DNA of 64,000 nt from Sedimentisphaerales bacterium (GCA_963708075.1 OY970194.1:4768001-4832000); one strand, 5' to 3'; positions 9,855-19,244 are shown, counted from the first letter of the stretch. Notes: generated by a model from the letters alone, not told the origin. Numbers and translations are program-made.

Positions 9855-9933
9855 GGGTGCAGTGTCTACGCTTGCGCAGACATGTTCCGTGCGATAGGCA
9901 GGGCATGCTTACGCGAGCGTAAGCATGGCACCC
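9855..9933. repeat. Palindromic element family B (double hairpin, gggtgc...gcaccc ends)
   Basis: catgcttacgcgagcgtaagcatg plus tgtctacgcttgcgcagaca. Copies at 36675-36752, 43531-43601 and 60455-60533. Confidence 0.88.
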
Positions 9934-10716
9934 AGCAAAAAAGCCGGGCTGTAAGTCCCTGGGCCACAGGGGGTTACAAGTCTTGTCGTTATCTAACATA
10001 TATTCCTGTAACATTCTGCCCTCCGGGAGCGTCTATTCTGTATGGTCTTACGACCATCGTTCGCCCGGCGAGGCTGTGTGCAGGCAGGCCTGCGGCAGGG
10101 CTCAATCGTAAATCAAAACTCGTAAATCGTAAATCCTAAGTTCCTGGAGGGCTTCCCATGGGTAGCCAAGCACGAGTCGCCGCCAACCGTCGTAACGCCG
10201 CCAAATCCACCGGACCCCGCACGGTGGAGGGCAAAGCCGTCGTGGCCCGGAACGCCGTCAAGCACGGCCTGTGGGCCCGCCAGGCCGTGCTCAGGAACGA
10301 AGATCCGCAGGAATTCGAGCTGCACCGCAGTCGGATGCTCCGGAAGCTGGCTCCGGATGGGCCGGAGGAAGAGGCGATGGCGGAACGCATCGTCGGTTCT
10401 CTGGTGGCGGCTCAAACGGGCCGAACGCATGCAGGATGAGGCCCTCGATTATCTGATCGAGGCGGATCGCGGCAGCGACTGGGTCAAGTGCCGCCGTGAG
10501 AACCGCGATCCATCGGCCAGGGCCGAGCTGAGCTTCGGGCGGGCGGTCGCGCGGGACTTCGCCGAGACAAGGACCCTCGACCGGCTGACAATGCACGAAC
10601 GGCGGATCGAGAGCAGCCTGTACCGGACGATGAAGGAGCTGCGGCAGCTCCGGCGAGAGGAAAAAGGCCAAGACGGGCACAGGGCATCGAGTTCGCACAA
10701 TTTGAGGGATCACGAC

Positions 10717-10914
10717 GGGTGGCAGCGGCAAGCGCAGCCTGCGGAGCTTGCCGATGGTGTTGGGCTGCATCCTGACGCCATCGGCAAGCTGCCGCTTGCC
10801 GCTGCCACCCAGAACTCAACAACCTGGGACAGACCCAACTCGTTTGACGGTGCGGATTCGAAGAGTTCCGGCCATCCGAAAGTCCACGGGCAAACGAGTT
10901 TGCCCGTGCCACCC
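10717..10914. repeat. Composite GGGTGGC-family palindromes inside the hypothetical ORF
   Basis: gggtggcagcggcaag...cttgccgctgccaccc (10717-10810, related to 20281-20373), then segments matching the element at 120-376. Confidence 0.75.
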
Positions 10915-11087
10915 GGAGGGAGCGATTCCGCGAAACAAAGCCAATTCGGGGAGCCTCAAGGCGACCATCGCCAAGCTGCGCTTGACGCTGCCACCCATAC
11001 CGTCGTAAGCGACTGTGCGAAACAAAGCCAATCGGCGGAAGTCCCAAGTCTGACGTGTGAAGTGTCAAGTGAGGCTGGCCCGGCGGC

Positions 11088-12310
11088 CAGGGCTATCGCA
11101 TCTAAATGCCAAGGACCTTAAGCAGGTAGTCTCGGTCCCAGCCGGCTCGGAGGCGTTTGGCGGCGATGCCGCCCTTGGCCGTCTTCTCCTGCTTGAGCAG
11201 CATCAGGGCGATTCGACGCAATCGCGAGAAGTTCTCGGCGGCGTTGGCCACTCGGACTCGACTGGCGTCCTCATGGAAACTCACGTCCAGCGACCAGTGC
11301 AACTGGACCTCCACGGACCAGTGATGGCGAATCAATGTCCCCAGACGCTGGGCACAGTGTCCCGGATGGGAGCTGATGAAGTAGTGTCGCTTTCGTTCGC
11401 ACTGGCCGTTGACCTGACGCTCTCGCTCGATGGCCGTGAGGCTGCCCAGACCCGGCCAGTCGTGACGCCCTTGCAGCCATCCCACATCGCTGGTAGTCCA
11501 CACCCGCCGGGTTTCCAGTCGTCCATGGCCTTTTTCCACGGTTTCCCAGAAGTCCTGCTCGCCGGCAAACCCGTGGGCGATGCCGTCCTCCATGTACATC
11601 CGGGCATCCTCGTACAGAGTCCCTTGGTTAGCCTTGAGGGCCAGCACATAGTCGCCGCCCTGATCGACGATCTGCTCGGCGATCTCCTTTTGACAACCCA
11701 TGGCGTCAATCGTGATGGTTGCCTCCTCCACGTCGAGCAGCTTGAGCAACTCCGGGATCGCGGTGATCTCATTGCTCTTGGCATCGACCGCCCGTTGGCC
11801 GAAAGCCACGCAGTTCTCGTGGACCCAGGCACTGACCATGTGCAACGGGCCTTTGGCACGGACCCGATCAAAGCTGTTTCGCAGGGTCTTGCCGTCGATG
11901 GCGATGTGCTTGCCCCGGCTGCTGCCGGCCAGATCCGCCACAAACGCCTGCATGACCGCTTCAAACGCATCCGGGTCCAGGGCGGCAAAGACCCGACCAA
12001 AGGTATCATGCGATGGAATGCCATTGGGCAGGTCCAGAAACGTGCCAAACCATTCCTCGTTGACGTTGCCGAACATCTCTACGTCCGTCCAGTGCTCAGC
12101 CCCGCAGATCACGGCACAGACGCCAATGACCAGAATATCCTGTAATTCATGCCGTTTCGTCCGCTCCACGCGAGGATCAGGAACCGCGGCAAAATGATCC
12201 CAAATCGATTTCTTCATCAAAAACGTATTCCTCTCTACTTGAAGTGTCTTGCTTCTGAGAAGAATACGAAACCATGCCTGCAAAGGCTCAATTTAGATGC
12301 GATAGCCCTA
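11088..12310 (-). mobile_element. ISAs1-family insertion sequence, complete
   Basis: 20-bp TIRs (cagggctatcgcatctaaat / atttagatgcgatagcccta, 19/20 match); 10-bp TSD gcccggcggc at 11078-11087 and 12311-12320. Confidence 0.95.
11102..12217 (-). CDS. ISAs1-family DDE transposase
   Basis: [65 protein letters not shown]. Confidence 0.96.
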   Translation of the reverse strand: MKKSIWDHFAAVPDPRVERTKRHELQDILVIGVCAVICGAEHWTDVEMFGNVNEEWFGTFLDLPNGIPSHDTFGRVFAALDPDAFEAVMQAFVADLAGSSRGKHIAIDGKTLRNSFDRVRAKGPLHMVSAWVHENCVAFGQRAVDAKSNEITAIPELLKLLDVEEATITIDAMGCQKEIAEQIVDQGGDYVLALKANQGTLYEDARMYMEDGIAHGFAGEQDFWETVEKGHGRLETRRVWTTSDVGWLQGRHDWPGLGSLTAIERERQVNGQCERKRHYFISSHPGHCAQRLGTLIRHHWSVEVQLHWSLDVSFHEDASRVRVANAAENFSRLRRIALMLLKQEKTAKGGIAAKRLRAGWDRDYLLKVLGI

Positions 12311-12572
12311 GCCCGGCGGCCGAGGACAAACCAACGTGCGAAACAAAGCCAATGGAGACGCCTGGGGCCGAGTGTGCGAGACAAAGCCAATCTGTGACGG
12401 CGGAAGGTGGGCACTGCCCACCCTACAAAACGGATCGTGCGAAACAAAGCCAATGCCGCAAGCCGGCCGCGGGCGCTGGGGCCATGCTGCGGCCACGGCC
12501 GCGGGTCGCATACCACTGCCACGACATCGCCCGCTCGTACTGATCGACGGGAAAGACCGGCAACGCGGCTCG

Positions 12573-12947
12573 AATCCGCCACCGAAGGCCAACCCCACCC
12601 CATTCCCCGGGTATGGTCGGAATTCGGTGGCGGCGTGTAGCCGCCGTGTGCGGACTGCGCCTCTTTCGTCCCTTACGGGACTGGCTTTTGTCCTCGGCCC
12701 CGGTTCCCCAGCGATCAATCGCTGGGCTATTCTCTGTCGCCCTCCGGGCTTGGACTTGGCTCCAGTCCTCTTGCGTCGGCCCGTCCGCCCCACGGGGGCG
12801 ATCGACACTAGCCCACCGTTTCAACGGTGGGTACGATAGTCAATCCTATCTCAAAGCCCCGTAGGGGCGAAAGAAGACTGGGCTGCGCTCTTGTGTCGGG
12901 TGGAATCCAAATCCGCCACCGAAGGCCGACCTCACCCTGTTCCCCGG
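12573..12947. repeat. REP-like cluster bounded by ~38-bp direct repeats
   Basis: aatccgccaccgaaggcc...ttccccgg at 12573 and 12910. Inner inverted ends at 12662-12682 and 12855-12874. Hairpins cccagcgatcaatcgctggg and cccaccgtttcaacggtggg. Confidence 0.7.
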
Positions 12948-12964
12948 CGGGCGGGGGTTCTTTC

Positions 12965-12993
12965 TTGACAAAGGGGTCCTGGTTGGCTATTAT
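12965..12993 (+). promoter_or_regulatory. Near-consensus sigma70 promoter
   Basis: TTGACA-17 nt-TATTAT. Confidence 0.7.
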
Positions 12994-13149
12994 CCCGCCA
13001 TTCACGAACCTGGTGAATTGCAGGAGCGTCCTGCGAACCCCAAGGCTGGTGGCAGAGTTCTGTCCGGACGGGTGTCCACGGCATCCGCAGAATCACCTGT
13101 CGGTTCAGGGGAAATCCGTGCCGGGTGAAGGACCGCGAAGACTGTGATA

Positions 13150-14454
13150 ATGGAAGTGAAACCCTTCAAGGCGTTCCGATACAACCCGCAGGTCGTCGGG
13201 GACGTGGGCCGGTGCATCGCGCCGCCTTACGACGTCATCAGCGACGACGAGCAGGAGCGGCTCCACAATCGGAGCAAGTACAACGTCGCCTACATCACGA
13301 GGGGCAAGACCAGCCCCGCCGACAACGGCCGGCACAACGTCTATACTCGGGCCGCGGAATACCTCCAGAAGTGGATCTCCGAGGGTGCCCTGAAACAGGA
13401 CGACAAGGACACGATCTACGGCTATGTCCAGGACTTCGAGCTCAACGGCATGGCTTTTCAGCGGCTGACCTTTATCGCGTTGGGCAAGCTCGAAGACTTC
13501 GGCAAGACAGTCCGGCCGCACGAGCAGGTGTTCGAAAAACCCATGCTCGACAGACTGAACCTGGAACGAGCGACGGACGCCAAGTTCGGCCTGGTCTTCA
13601 TGCTGTACGAGGACCCGCAAGGCGTCGCCGACAGGATCATCGAGAAGGCCGCCACGCAAAAGCCGCTCGTGGATTTCGTGGACGATCAGGTGAGGCACCG
13701 GCTCTTCGCCATCACCGCCACCAGGGAGGTCGAAGCCGTCACGAAGATGATGGCCGAGAAAAGCTGCATCATCGCCGACGGCCACCATCGCTACACCACC
13801 GGCCTCAAGTACATGCGGGAGTCGGGCAACCCCGCTGCCAGGTACCAGATGCTGGCCTTCACGAACACCCGGCAGAAAGGCCTCGTGGTCCTGGCCACTC
13901 ACCGCCTCGTCGGGGGAATCGCAGAGTTCAAACCGCCCGAGTTCCTCGCACGGCTGCAGGACAACTTCCGGCTGATACGGTTCGAGTTCTCCAGCGACAC
14001 GAAGGAACAGGCCAAGCAGGACATGCTGGCCCGGATGCGGAGCCTGCACGAGCAGGACAAGACCGCGTTCGGGATTTACATGGGCGACAAGGCCTTCTAC
14101 GTGGCGACCCTGAAGGATAGAACCGCCATGGACGCGGTCGCCCCGAATATGAGCGAGGCATGGCGGGCCCTCGATGTCTCCGTGCTCCAGAAGCTTGTCC
14201 TGGAGGGATTGCTGGGCCTCGATGAGCAGAAGATGGGCAACCCTGAGCACGTGGAATACGTGAAGGACATCCCCAACGCCGTCGATGAGTTGATCGCCCG
14301 GATCGACGCCGGCCGCAAGCAGATCGCCTTCTTCACCAACCCGGTGAAGATGCAGCAATTGTCGAAGGTCACGGACGCGGGAGAACGTATGCCTCACAAA
14401 TCGACATACTTTTTTCCGAAGATGTATACAGGACTCACGATTCAGAAGCTCTAA
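13150..14454 (+). CDS. DUF1015 family protein
   Basis: PFKAFRY, APPYDVI, PHE, IADGHHRY, MPHKSTYFFPK motifs. Confidence 0.9.
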   Translation: MEVKPFKAFRYNPQVVGDVGRCIAPPYDVISDDEQERLHNRSKYNVAYITRGKTSPADNGRHNVYTRAAEYLQKWISEGALKQDDKDTIYGYVQDFELNGMAFQRLTFIALGKLEDFGKTVRPHEQVFEKPMLDRLNLERATDAKFGLVFMLYEDPQGVADRIIEKAATQKPLVDFVDDQVRHRLFAITATREVEAVTKMMAEKSCIIADGHHRYTTGLKYMRESGNPAARYQMLAFTNTRQKGLVVLATHRLVGGIAEFKPPEFLARLQDNFRLIRFEFSSDTKEQAKQDMLARMRSLHEQDKTAFGIYMGDKAFYVATLKDRTAMDAVAPNMSEAWRALDVSVLQKLVLEGLLGLDEQKMGNPEHVEYVKDIPNAVDELIARIDAGRKQIAFFTNPVKMQQLSKVTDAGERMPHKSTYFFPKMYTGLTIQKL

Positions 14455-14475
14455 CCGCATTATCGGAGTGCACAA

Positions 14476-15564
14476 ATGGCAGATTGGAGAAACCCGCCCC
14501 GGCTGTTTATCCCCGGGCCCATCCAGGTCAAAGACGACGTGCTGAAGGAGTTGGCCCGGCCGACGCTCGGGCATCGTGACAAGGAGTACGCACAACTGCA
14601 CGGTGAAGTCGTCGATATGCTCAAGAAGCTGCTCTTCACCGATCAGTATATCTTCCTCTCCACTTCCAGCGGCTCGGGACTGTGGGAGGCCTCCGTCCGC
14701 AACTGCGTCGCTCCCAGTGAGCTGGTCCTGGCCACGTGCTGCGGTGCGTTCAGTGATAAGTGGGCGGACGTGGTGAAGGACTGCGGCCGCAACGTCGAGA
14801 CGCTCAAGGTCGAGTGGGGCCAGGCTACCACGCCGGAACTGATCGACGCCAAGCTCGCCGGCGGCAAGTACGCGGCGATCACGCTGATCTACAACGAGAC
14901 GAGCACGGGCCTGATGAACCCGATCTACGACATCAGCAAGATGATGAAGGCCAAGTACCCGGATGTGCTGGTCTTCGTGGACGCCGTCAGCGGCATGATC
15001 GGCCAGCCGATCCACTTCGACGAACTCGGCTGGGACGTCGTGTTCGCCTCCGTGCAGAAGGCGTTCGGCCTGCCGCCGGGATTCACCGTCGCCGCCGTCA
15101 GCAAGCGGGCCGTCGAGAAGGCCAAGAGCGTGCCCGCCAAGGGCTACTACTTCAATTTCATCGAGTGGGCCAAGGCCGCCGAGAAGAGCCAGACCCTCGT
15201 GACGCCCAGCATCCCGCACATCATGGGCCTGCACTACCAATGCACGAAGTTCGTCAATGAGGGCATCGAGAACGTCTGGGCGCGTCATAAGAAGATGGGC
15301 GATTTCTGCCGCGGCTGGGCCAAGCAGAAGTTCGACCTGTTCTGCGAAGAGCGATACGCGTCCAACACGCTCACGACGATCAAGAACACCCGCGGCATCA
15401 ACGTCGGCGAGGTAATCGCGGCCGTCAAGAAGAAGCACAACACGATCTTCAGCGCCGGCTACGGCCAGCTCAAGGACAAGACGTTCCGCATCGCGCACAT
15501 GGGCGACATCACGCTCGACGAGGTGCGCGAGCTGTGCGGCTGGATCGACGAGGAAATCGGCTGA
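14476..15564 (+). CDS. Class V PLP aminotransferase (alanine-glyoxylate/serine-pyruvate family)
   Basis: LFIPGP, NETSTG, VDAVS, SVQKAFGLPPG, FRIAHMG. Confidence 0.9.
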   Translation: MADWRNPPRLFIPGPIQVKDDVLKELARPTLGHRDKEYAQLHGEVVDMLKKLLFTDQYIFLSTSSGSGLWEASVRNCVAPSELVLATCCGAFSDKWADVVKDCGRNVETLKVEWGQATTPELIDAKLAGGKYAAITLIYNETSTGLMNPIYDISKMMKAKYPDVLVFVDAVSGMIGQPIHFDELGWDVVFASVQKAFGLPPGFTVAAVSKRAVEKAKSVPAKGYYFNFIEWAKAAEKSQTLVTPSIPHIMGLHYQCTKFVNEGIENVWARHKKMGDFCRGWAKQKFDLFCEERYASNTLTTIKNTRGINVGEVIAAVKKKHNTIFSAGYGQLKDKTFRIAHMGDITLDEVRELCGWIDEEIG

Positions 15565-15663
15565 GCCGTCTTTTCCCGACAATTGAATGTGTCAAGCGAC
15601 CCCACTGGCCATCCAACGGGGTCGCTTTCTTTGAGGCGTCGTGCGTCGCCGCTCATCCGGCCA

Positions 15664-15691
15664 TTGCCCCCAACCGCATAAGCCGTATAAT
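15664..15691 (+). promoter_or_regulatory. Putative sigma70 promoter
   Basis: TTGCCC-16 nt-TATAAT upstream of ATG 15727. Confidence 0.45.
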
Positions 15692-15726
15692 GAGAGCCGG
15701 CTGTCTGATTCTTGTGGAAAGGCAAC

Positions 15727-16461
15727 ATGGACTTATCGATCGTTATACCAGCCTTCGAAGAGTGCCGGAAGATCGCGCGGGATGTAGAAGCCGCCGCGGC
15801 GTTCCTGCAGACCAACAGGCTGGCGGGCGAGGTCGTGGTCGTGGACGATGGGAGCTGCGACGGCACGGCGGAGGCGGCGCGGGCCGTCCGCGTTCCACCG
15901 GCCGTCAGGCTCAACGTGATCCACTACGACCAGCACCGGGGCAAGGGCTGCGCCGTCCGGACCGGCATGAACGCCGCCGGCGGCAAGTACGCCATGTTCG
16001 CCGATTGCGGCCTGTGCATTCCGTACAACAACGCCCTCAAGGGGCTGGAGATGCTCAAGAACGGTGCCTGCGACATCGCCCACGGCTCCAGGCGGCACAT
16101 CGCCAGCGATATTCACAGGGCCCAGCCCTGGCATCGGCGCGTCCTGTCACAGGCGTTCAAGTCCACCGTTCGGACGCTTCTGAGAGTCCCCCCGGAACTC
16201 GCCGACACTCAGTGCGGGTTCAAAATGTACAAGGGCGACGTCGCGAGAGAGCTTTACAGGCAATGCACCACTGATGGGTTCATGTTCGACATCGAGATCA
16301 TTCTGCGGGCCATGAAGAGGGGTTATCGCATCGCGGAATTCCCCGTCGAGTGGACCTGCGACCCCGACAGCCGGCTCTCCGTCGCCCGCACGCCCTGGCC
16401 CGTGCTCTCCGAGCTGCGAAGAATCCGACGAGCCATGTCCAACAACAGAAGTGAGATGTAA
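15727..16461 (+). CDS. GT2 polyprenyl/dolichyl-phosphate glycosyltransferase-like
   Basis: LSIVIPAF.E, VVDDGS.D, GKG.AVR.G, DTQCGFK, FMFDIE. Confidence 0.85.
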   Translation: MDLSIVIPAFEECRKIARDVEAAAAFLQTNRLAGEVVVVDDGSCDGTAEAARAVRVPPAVRLNVIHYDQHRGKGCAVRTGMNAAGGKYAMFADCGLCIPYNNALKGLEMLKNGACDIAHGSRRHIASDIHRAQPWHRRVLSQAFKSTVRTLLRVPPELADTQCGFKMYKGDVARELYRQCTTDGFMFDIEIILRAMKRGYRIAEFPVEWTCDPDSRLSVARTPWPVLSELRRIRRAMSNNRSEM

Positions 16462-16538
16462 GATGTTTGATGGTTGATGTAAAGAGTGCTCGCGCCCAAA
16501 TCAAACATCACACTTCACACATCAAACATCACACTTCC
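16450..16538. repeat. Inverted pair of 7-mer tandem repeats between convergent genes
   Basis: gtgagat-gtaagat-gtttgat-ggttgat ... catcaca-cttcaca-catcaaa-catcaca. Confidence 0.8.
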
Positions 16539-17518
16539 AGCTCACCTTGTCTCCAGGCGCCGGAGGAGAGGATTCGCTCGGGCAAGCCAGCCTGGGGATC
16601 GGCCGGTACGATGAGAAGGCTGCGCACGGCGGGGTGATCGATACAGTACGCCTCGACCTCCTCCGGCGTCATCACCATGAAGGCGGTCGAGAGACAATCG
16701 GCACGAGCGGCGTCGGGTGCAATGGACCACGTGGCGATCTTGCGTTCCACAGGCCGGCCGCTGCGGGGATCGATGATATGCGGGCCCTTCTCCAGGCCTG
16801 AGCCGCTCACCGCGATGCGCTCCAGTTGCAGACGGGCGAGCGAGCGGCTGCGATTGCCCGGGTAGCTCAATGTCACCGGCCAGCCGGCAGAACCTTCCGG
16901 GGCATCGAGGGCCAGGACAGAGCTGAAGCCCCCGTGAATCAGCGCCCGGTCGATGCTCCACTCGCGCAGCATCTCGGCCATGCGATCTACGCCGTAACCC
17001 TTACCCACCCCGCCCAGATCGACACGGACGGGACTGCGCGTCAGGGCCACCGCGTGGGTTGGCTCATCGAAAAGGATCAGGTGCATGCCGGTATGTTCGC
17101 GGGCAAACTGCAGCTCCTGCGGCGTGGGCGTGCGCGGGTTCTTCTCCTCATCCCGCCAGCAGTCCACGAGGAATCCCACTGTGACATCGAATGCGCCCCT
17201 GGTTTGGGCCCAGACCTCGGCACTGATTTCCAGGCACTGGAAGGTTTCCAGGCCGAGCGGCAAGGGGTGGCCCGCCGGCAGATTGTTGATTCTCGCAATG
17301 TCGCTGTTCTCAATGAAGCGGCTCAACTCCCCTTCAATCCGGTCGAGCTCATCGAACACCGCATTCGCCGCCTGTTGCGCGTAGAGCTTGTCCTCGTGCT
17401 GGATGATGATCTCGAACGTGGTCGCCATCGCCCGGTGCGGGAAACGATGGATGTTCCGCACGGCGGCCCAATCGGCAACCACCAACGGTTCCTCCGGCTC
17501 TTTCGGTCTACCTGCCAT
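16529..17518 (-). CDS. apbE: FAD:protein FMN transferase (ApbE), no signal peptide
   Basis: AMATTF, LSRF..NSDIARIN, T.GAFDVTVG, DLGGVGKGY, HIIDPRSG, AD.LSTA. Confidence 0.9.
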   Translation of the reverse strand: MAGRPKEPEEPLVVADWAAVRNIHRFPHRAMATTFEIIIQHEDKLYAQQAANAVFDELDRIEGELSRFIENSDIARINNLPAGHPLPLGLETFQCLEISAEVWAQTRGAFDVTVGFLVDCWRDEEKNPRTPTPQELQFAREHTGMHLILFDEPTHAVALTRSPVRVDLGGVGKGYGVDRMAEMLREWSIDRALIHGGFSSVLALDAPEGSAGWPVTLSYPGNRSRSLARLQLERIAVSGSGLEKGPHIIDPRSGRPVERKIATWSIAPDAARADCLSTAFMVMTPEEVEAYCIDHPAVRSLLIVPADPQAGLPERILSSGAWRQGELEV

Positions 17519-19244
17519 ACTTGCCCCCCAGCAACTCGGATGGATTGGACTGCCGGTAGTTGTGCTGCTCCCAGAGGTCCTTTCGCACGAATCCCATGAG
17601 CTTCACCTGGGGCCTGGCCCAGACGTAGTACGGCGGATCGAACAGGTACATGTACATCTGTCGCTTCTCCGACGGCATCTCATCGTAGAGCCTGCGGGCG
17701 AGGGTCCCTTCCAACTTGTCGGAAATGAGGATCAGCGGCCCGAGTTCGCCCGGCTCCGGCACATCAGGGTAATAGCCGACGTGCAAGTCGCGCAGATACC
17801 AGGGCAGCGGCCAGTAGTCCCCGCCCGGCACGATCACCTGGATCGGCAGATCGTCGGAACGCCCCACCCCATCCAGGTCGGCGTACTCCCGGACCTTCTC
17901 GATGGCCAGGAAGATCTCGGACGTCGGATGGGCGTAGACGTACGGGTTACGGCTGTCGGCGTAATAGACAAAGTTCGCCCGATAGGTCTCGAAGCCAAGG
18001 TGCCCCACGGCGACGATCAGCAGCACGGCGGCTGCAAGCTGCATCGCGGGCCTTCGCAGCCATGACAGCAGCGTCACAGCGCCGACACCAGCCAGGAGAA
18101 TCATGCCGTGCAAAAAGCTGAGGGCACACCACGGCGTCTTGTACGGAACGGCCGAGTACGCAACCGTCAACGCGATGGTATAAACGGCGAGGAAGCGCGT
18201 AAGCTTAGGATCGATCGGGCCGACCCGCGAGCCTTTGACCGCCGCTGCAATGCCGACAAGGGCCAGAAGGACAATCCAGCCTTCCGTCCAGATCGGGCCC
18301 TGGTCGTACCGCGAGAGCAGGAGCATCTGCAGGTAGTAGTACCAGGGGTGAACGTGCACCGTGTCGTGCCCGGCGCCACGGCCGAAGTAGGTCGCATAAG
18401 CCAGGTAGGAATCCAGCACTCCCCTCGGATGGCGGAAAAAGGCGGAGTAGAAGAGAGCCGAGACAATCACCGCCGCCGCGACGCCGAGAACCAGATGTGA
18501 CAGCCTGATTCCGGCCGGTGCCTGCCACGGGGTGGCAGCGTCAAGCGCAGCTTGGCGATGGCTGTCCTCGGATACAGGGGGAACCATCGCCAAGGCCTTC
18601 GGCCTTGACGCTGCCACCCGACCGCGTTGCATCAGAAGAACCAGCACGAGGGCCAGACCCATGGCGCCGAAAGCGATGATAGCCGTCTCCTTGGTGGCGT
18701 GCATCAGGCCGGCGAAGACGCCGGTCAGCATCGCCCAAGGCAATCGTCTGGTGCGAGCGTACCGATAGCCGCACGCGATGACGCCAAACGTGAAGCAAAC
18801 GAGCAGCATTTCCTGGATGTAATAGCGGCTGTAGAAGACCATCGCAGGCGACAGCGCAGCCAGCACGGCCGCCACCACCGCCGCCAAGCCCAGGCCATCG
18901 ACGAGCAACACCGCCAGCAGAATCACGATCGCGCCGAACACCACGGGCACGATGCGCACGGTGGATTCGGTGATCTCATTGTATGTGCTCGCAGAACTCA
19001 GCCAGGCGGAGGGCAATGTGAAGTAGTTGAGGGTCGGGCCGTGATATTCCTCGGGGTCGTACGTGTAGATGCCGTTCTCAAGGAGCCCGCGGAAGTTGTA
19101 GGCGTGCACCGCCTCATCCGTATGCATCGGCCGCATACGCAAGCGTGGCGCTCGGAGTCCAAAGGCCCCGAGCGCCACGAGAAAGATCATCAACCAGAAT
19201 AGCCTGAACCTCTTATCGGAGGAGGCCCAATCCAGCCATCTCAT
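17508..19244 (-). CDS. GT-C fold membrane glycosyltransferase (TIGR03663/Agl23/PMT-like) with in-frame palindrome insertion
   Basis: RPMHTDEAVH, YDPEEYHGP, SPAMVFYSRYYIQE, ATKET, HPWYYY, YKTPW, YWPLPWYLR; many TM segments. Confidence 0.85.
   Translation of the reverse strand: MRWLDWASSDKRFRLFWLMIFLVALGAFGLRAPRLRMRPMHTDEAVHAYNFRGLLENGIYTYDPEEYHGPTLNYFTLPSAWLSSASTYNEITESTVRIVPVVFGAIVILLAVLLVDGLGLAAVVAAVLAALSPAMVFYSRYYIQEMLLVCFTFGVIACGYRYARTRRLPWAMLTGVFAGLMHATKETAIIAFGAMGLALVLVLLMQRGRVAASRPKALAMVPPVSEDSHRQAALDAATPWQAPAGIRLSHLVLGVAAAVIVSALFYSAFFRHPRGVLDSYLAYATYFGRGAGHDTVHVHPWYYYLQMLLLSRYDQGPIWTEGWIVLLALVGIAAAVKGSRVGPIDPKLTRFLAVYTIALTVAYSAVPYKTPWCALSFLHGMILLAGVGAVTLLSWLRRPAMQLAAAVLLIVAVGHLGFETYRANFVYYADSRNPYVYAHPTSEIFLAIEKVREYADLDGVGRSDDLPIQVIVPGGDYWPLPWYLRDLHVGYYPDVPEPGELGPLILISDKLEGTLARRLYDEMPSEKRQMYMYLFDPPYYVWARPQVKLMGFVRKDLWEQHNYRQSNPSELLGGKYGR
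18530..18619. repeat. Family A palindromic element inserted in frame within CDS
   Basis: 90 bp with the same arms as the intergenic copies; reads RVAASRPKALAM...HRQAALDAAT. Confidence 0.9.

Larger units (their letters stand above)
10930..12454 (+). repeat. Five copies of 16-bp direct repeat gcga(a/g)acaaagccaat with variable spacers
   Basis: Copies start at 10930, 11017, 12338, 12376 and 12439. Confidence 0.9.
10158..12543 (+). pseudogene. Uncharacterised ANRRNA.KSTGP.T.EGK-family protein with repeat-rich C-terminus; frameshift ~10397 and interrupted by ISAs1
   Basis: ORF 10158 (ANRRNAAKSTGPRTVEGK..RNAVKHGL) shifts +1 into ORF 10357 (WWRLKRAER..LDRL.MHERRIESSLYRTMKELRQL). After removing the IS and one TSD it continues in frame to the stop at 12543. 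Confidence 0.7.

Noticed and set aside
10930..12454. Canonical CRISPR array
   Set aside because: Repeats are only 16 bp, spacers are very unequal, the array lies within an ORF and no cas genes are present. Kept as a non-CRISPR repeat finding.
13000..13149. Known riboswitch, tRNA or 6S RNA
   Set aside because: Could not match consensus elements by eye; reported only as a candidate structured leader.
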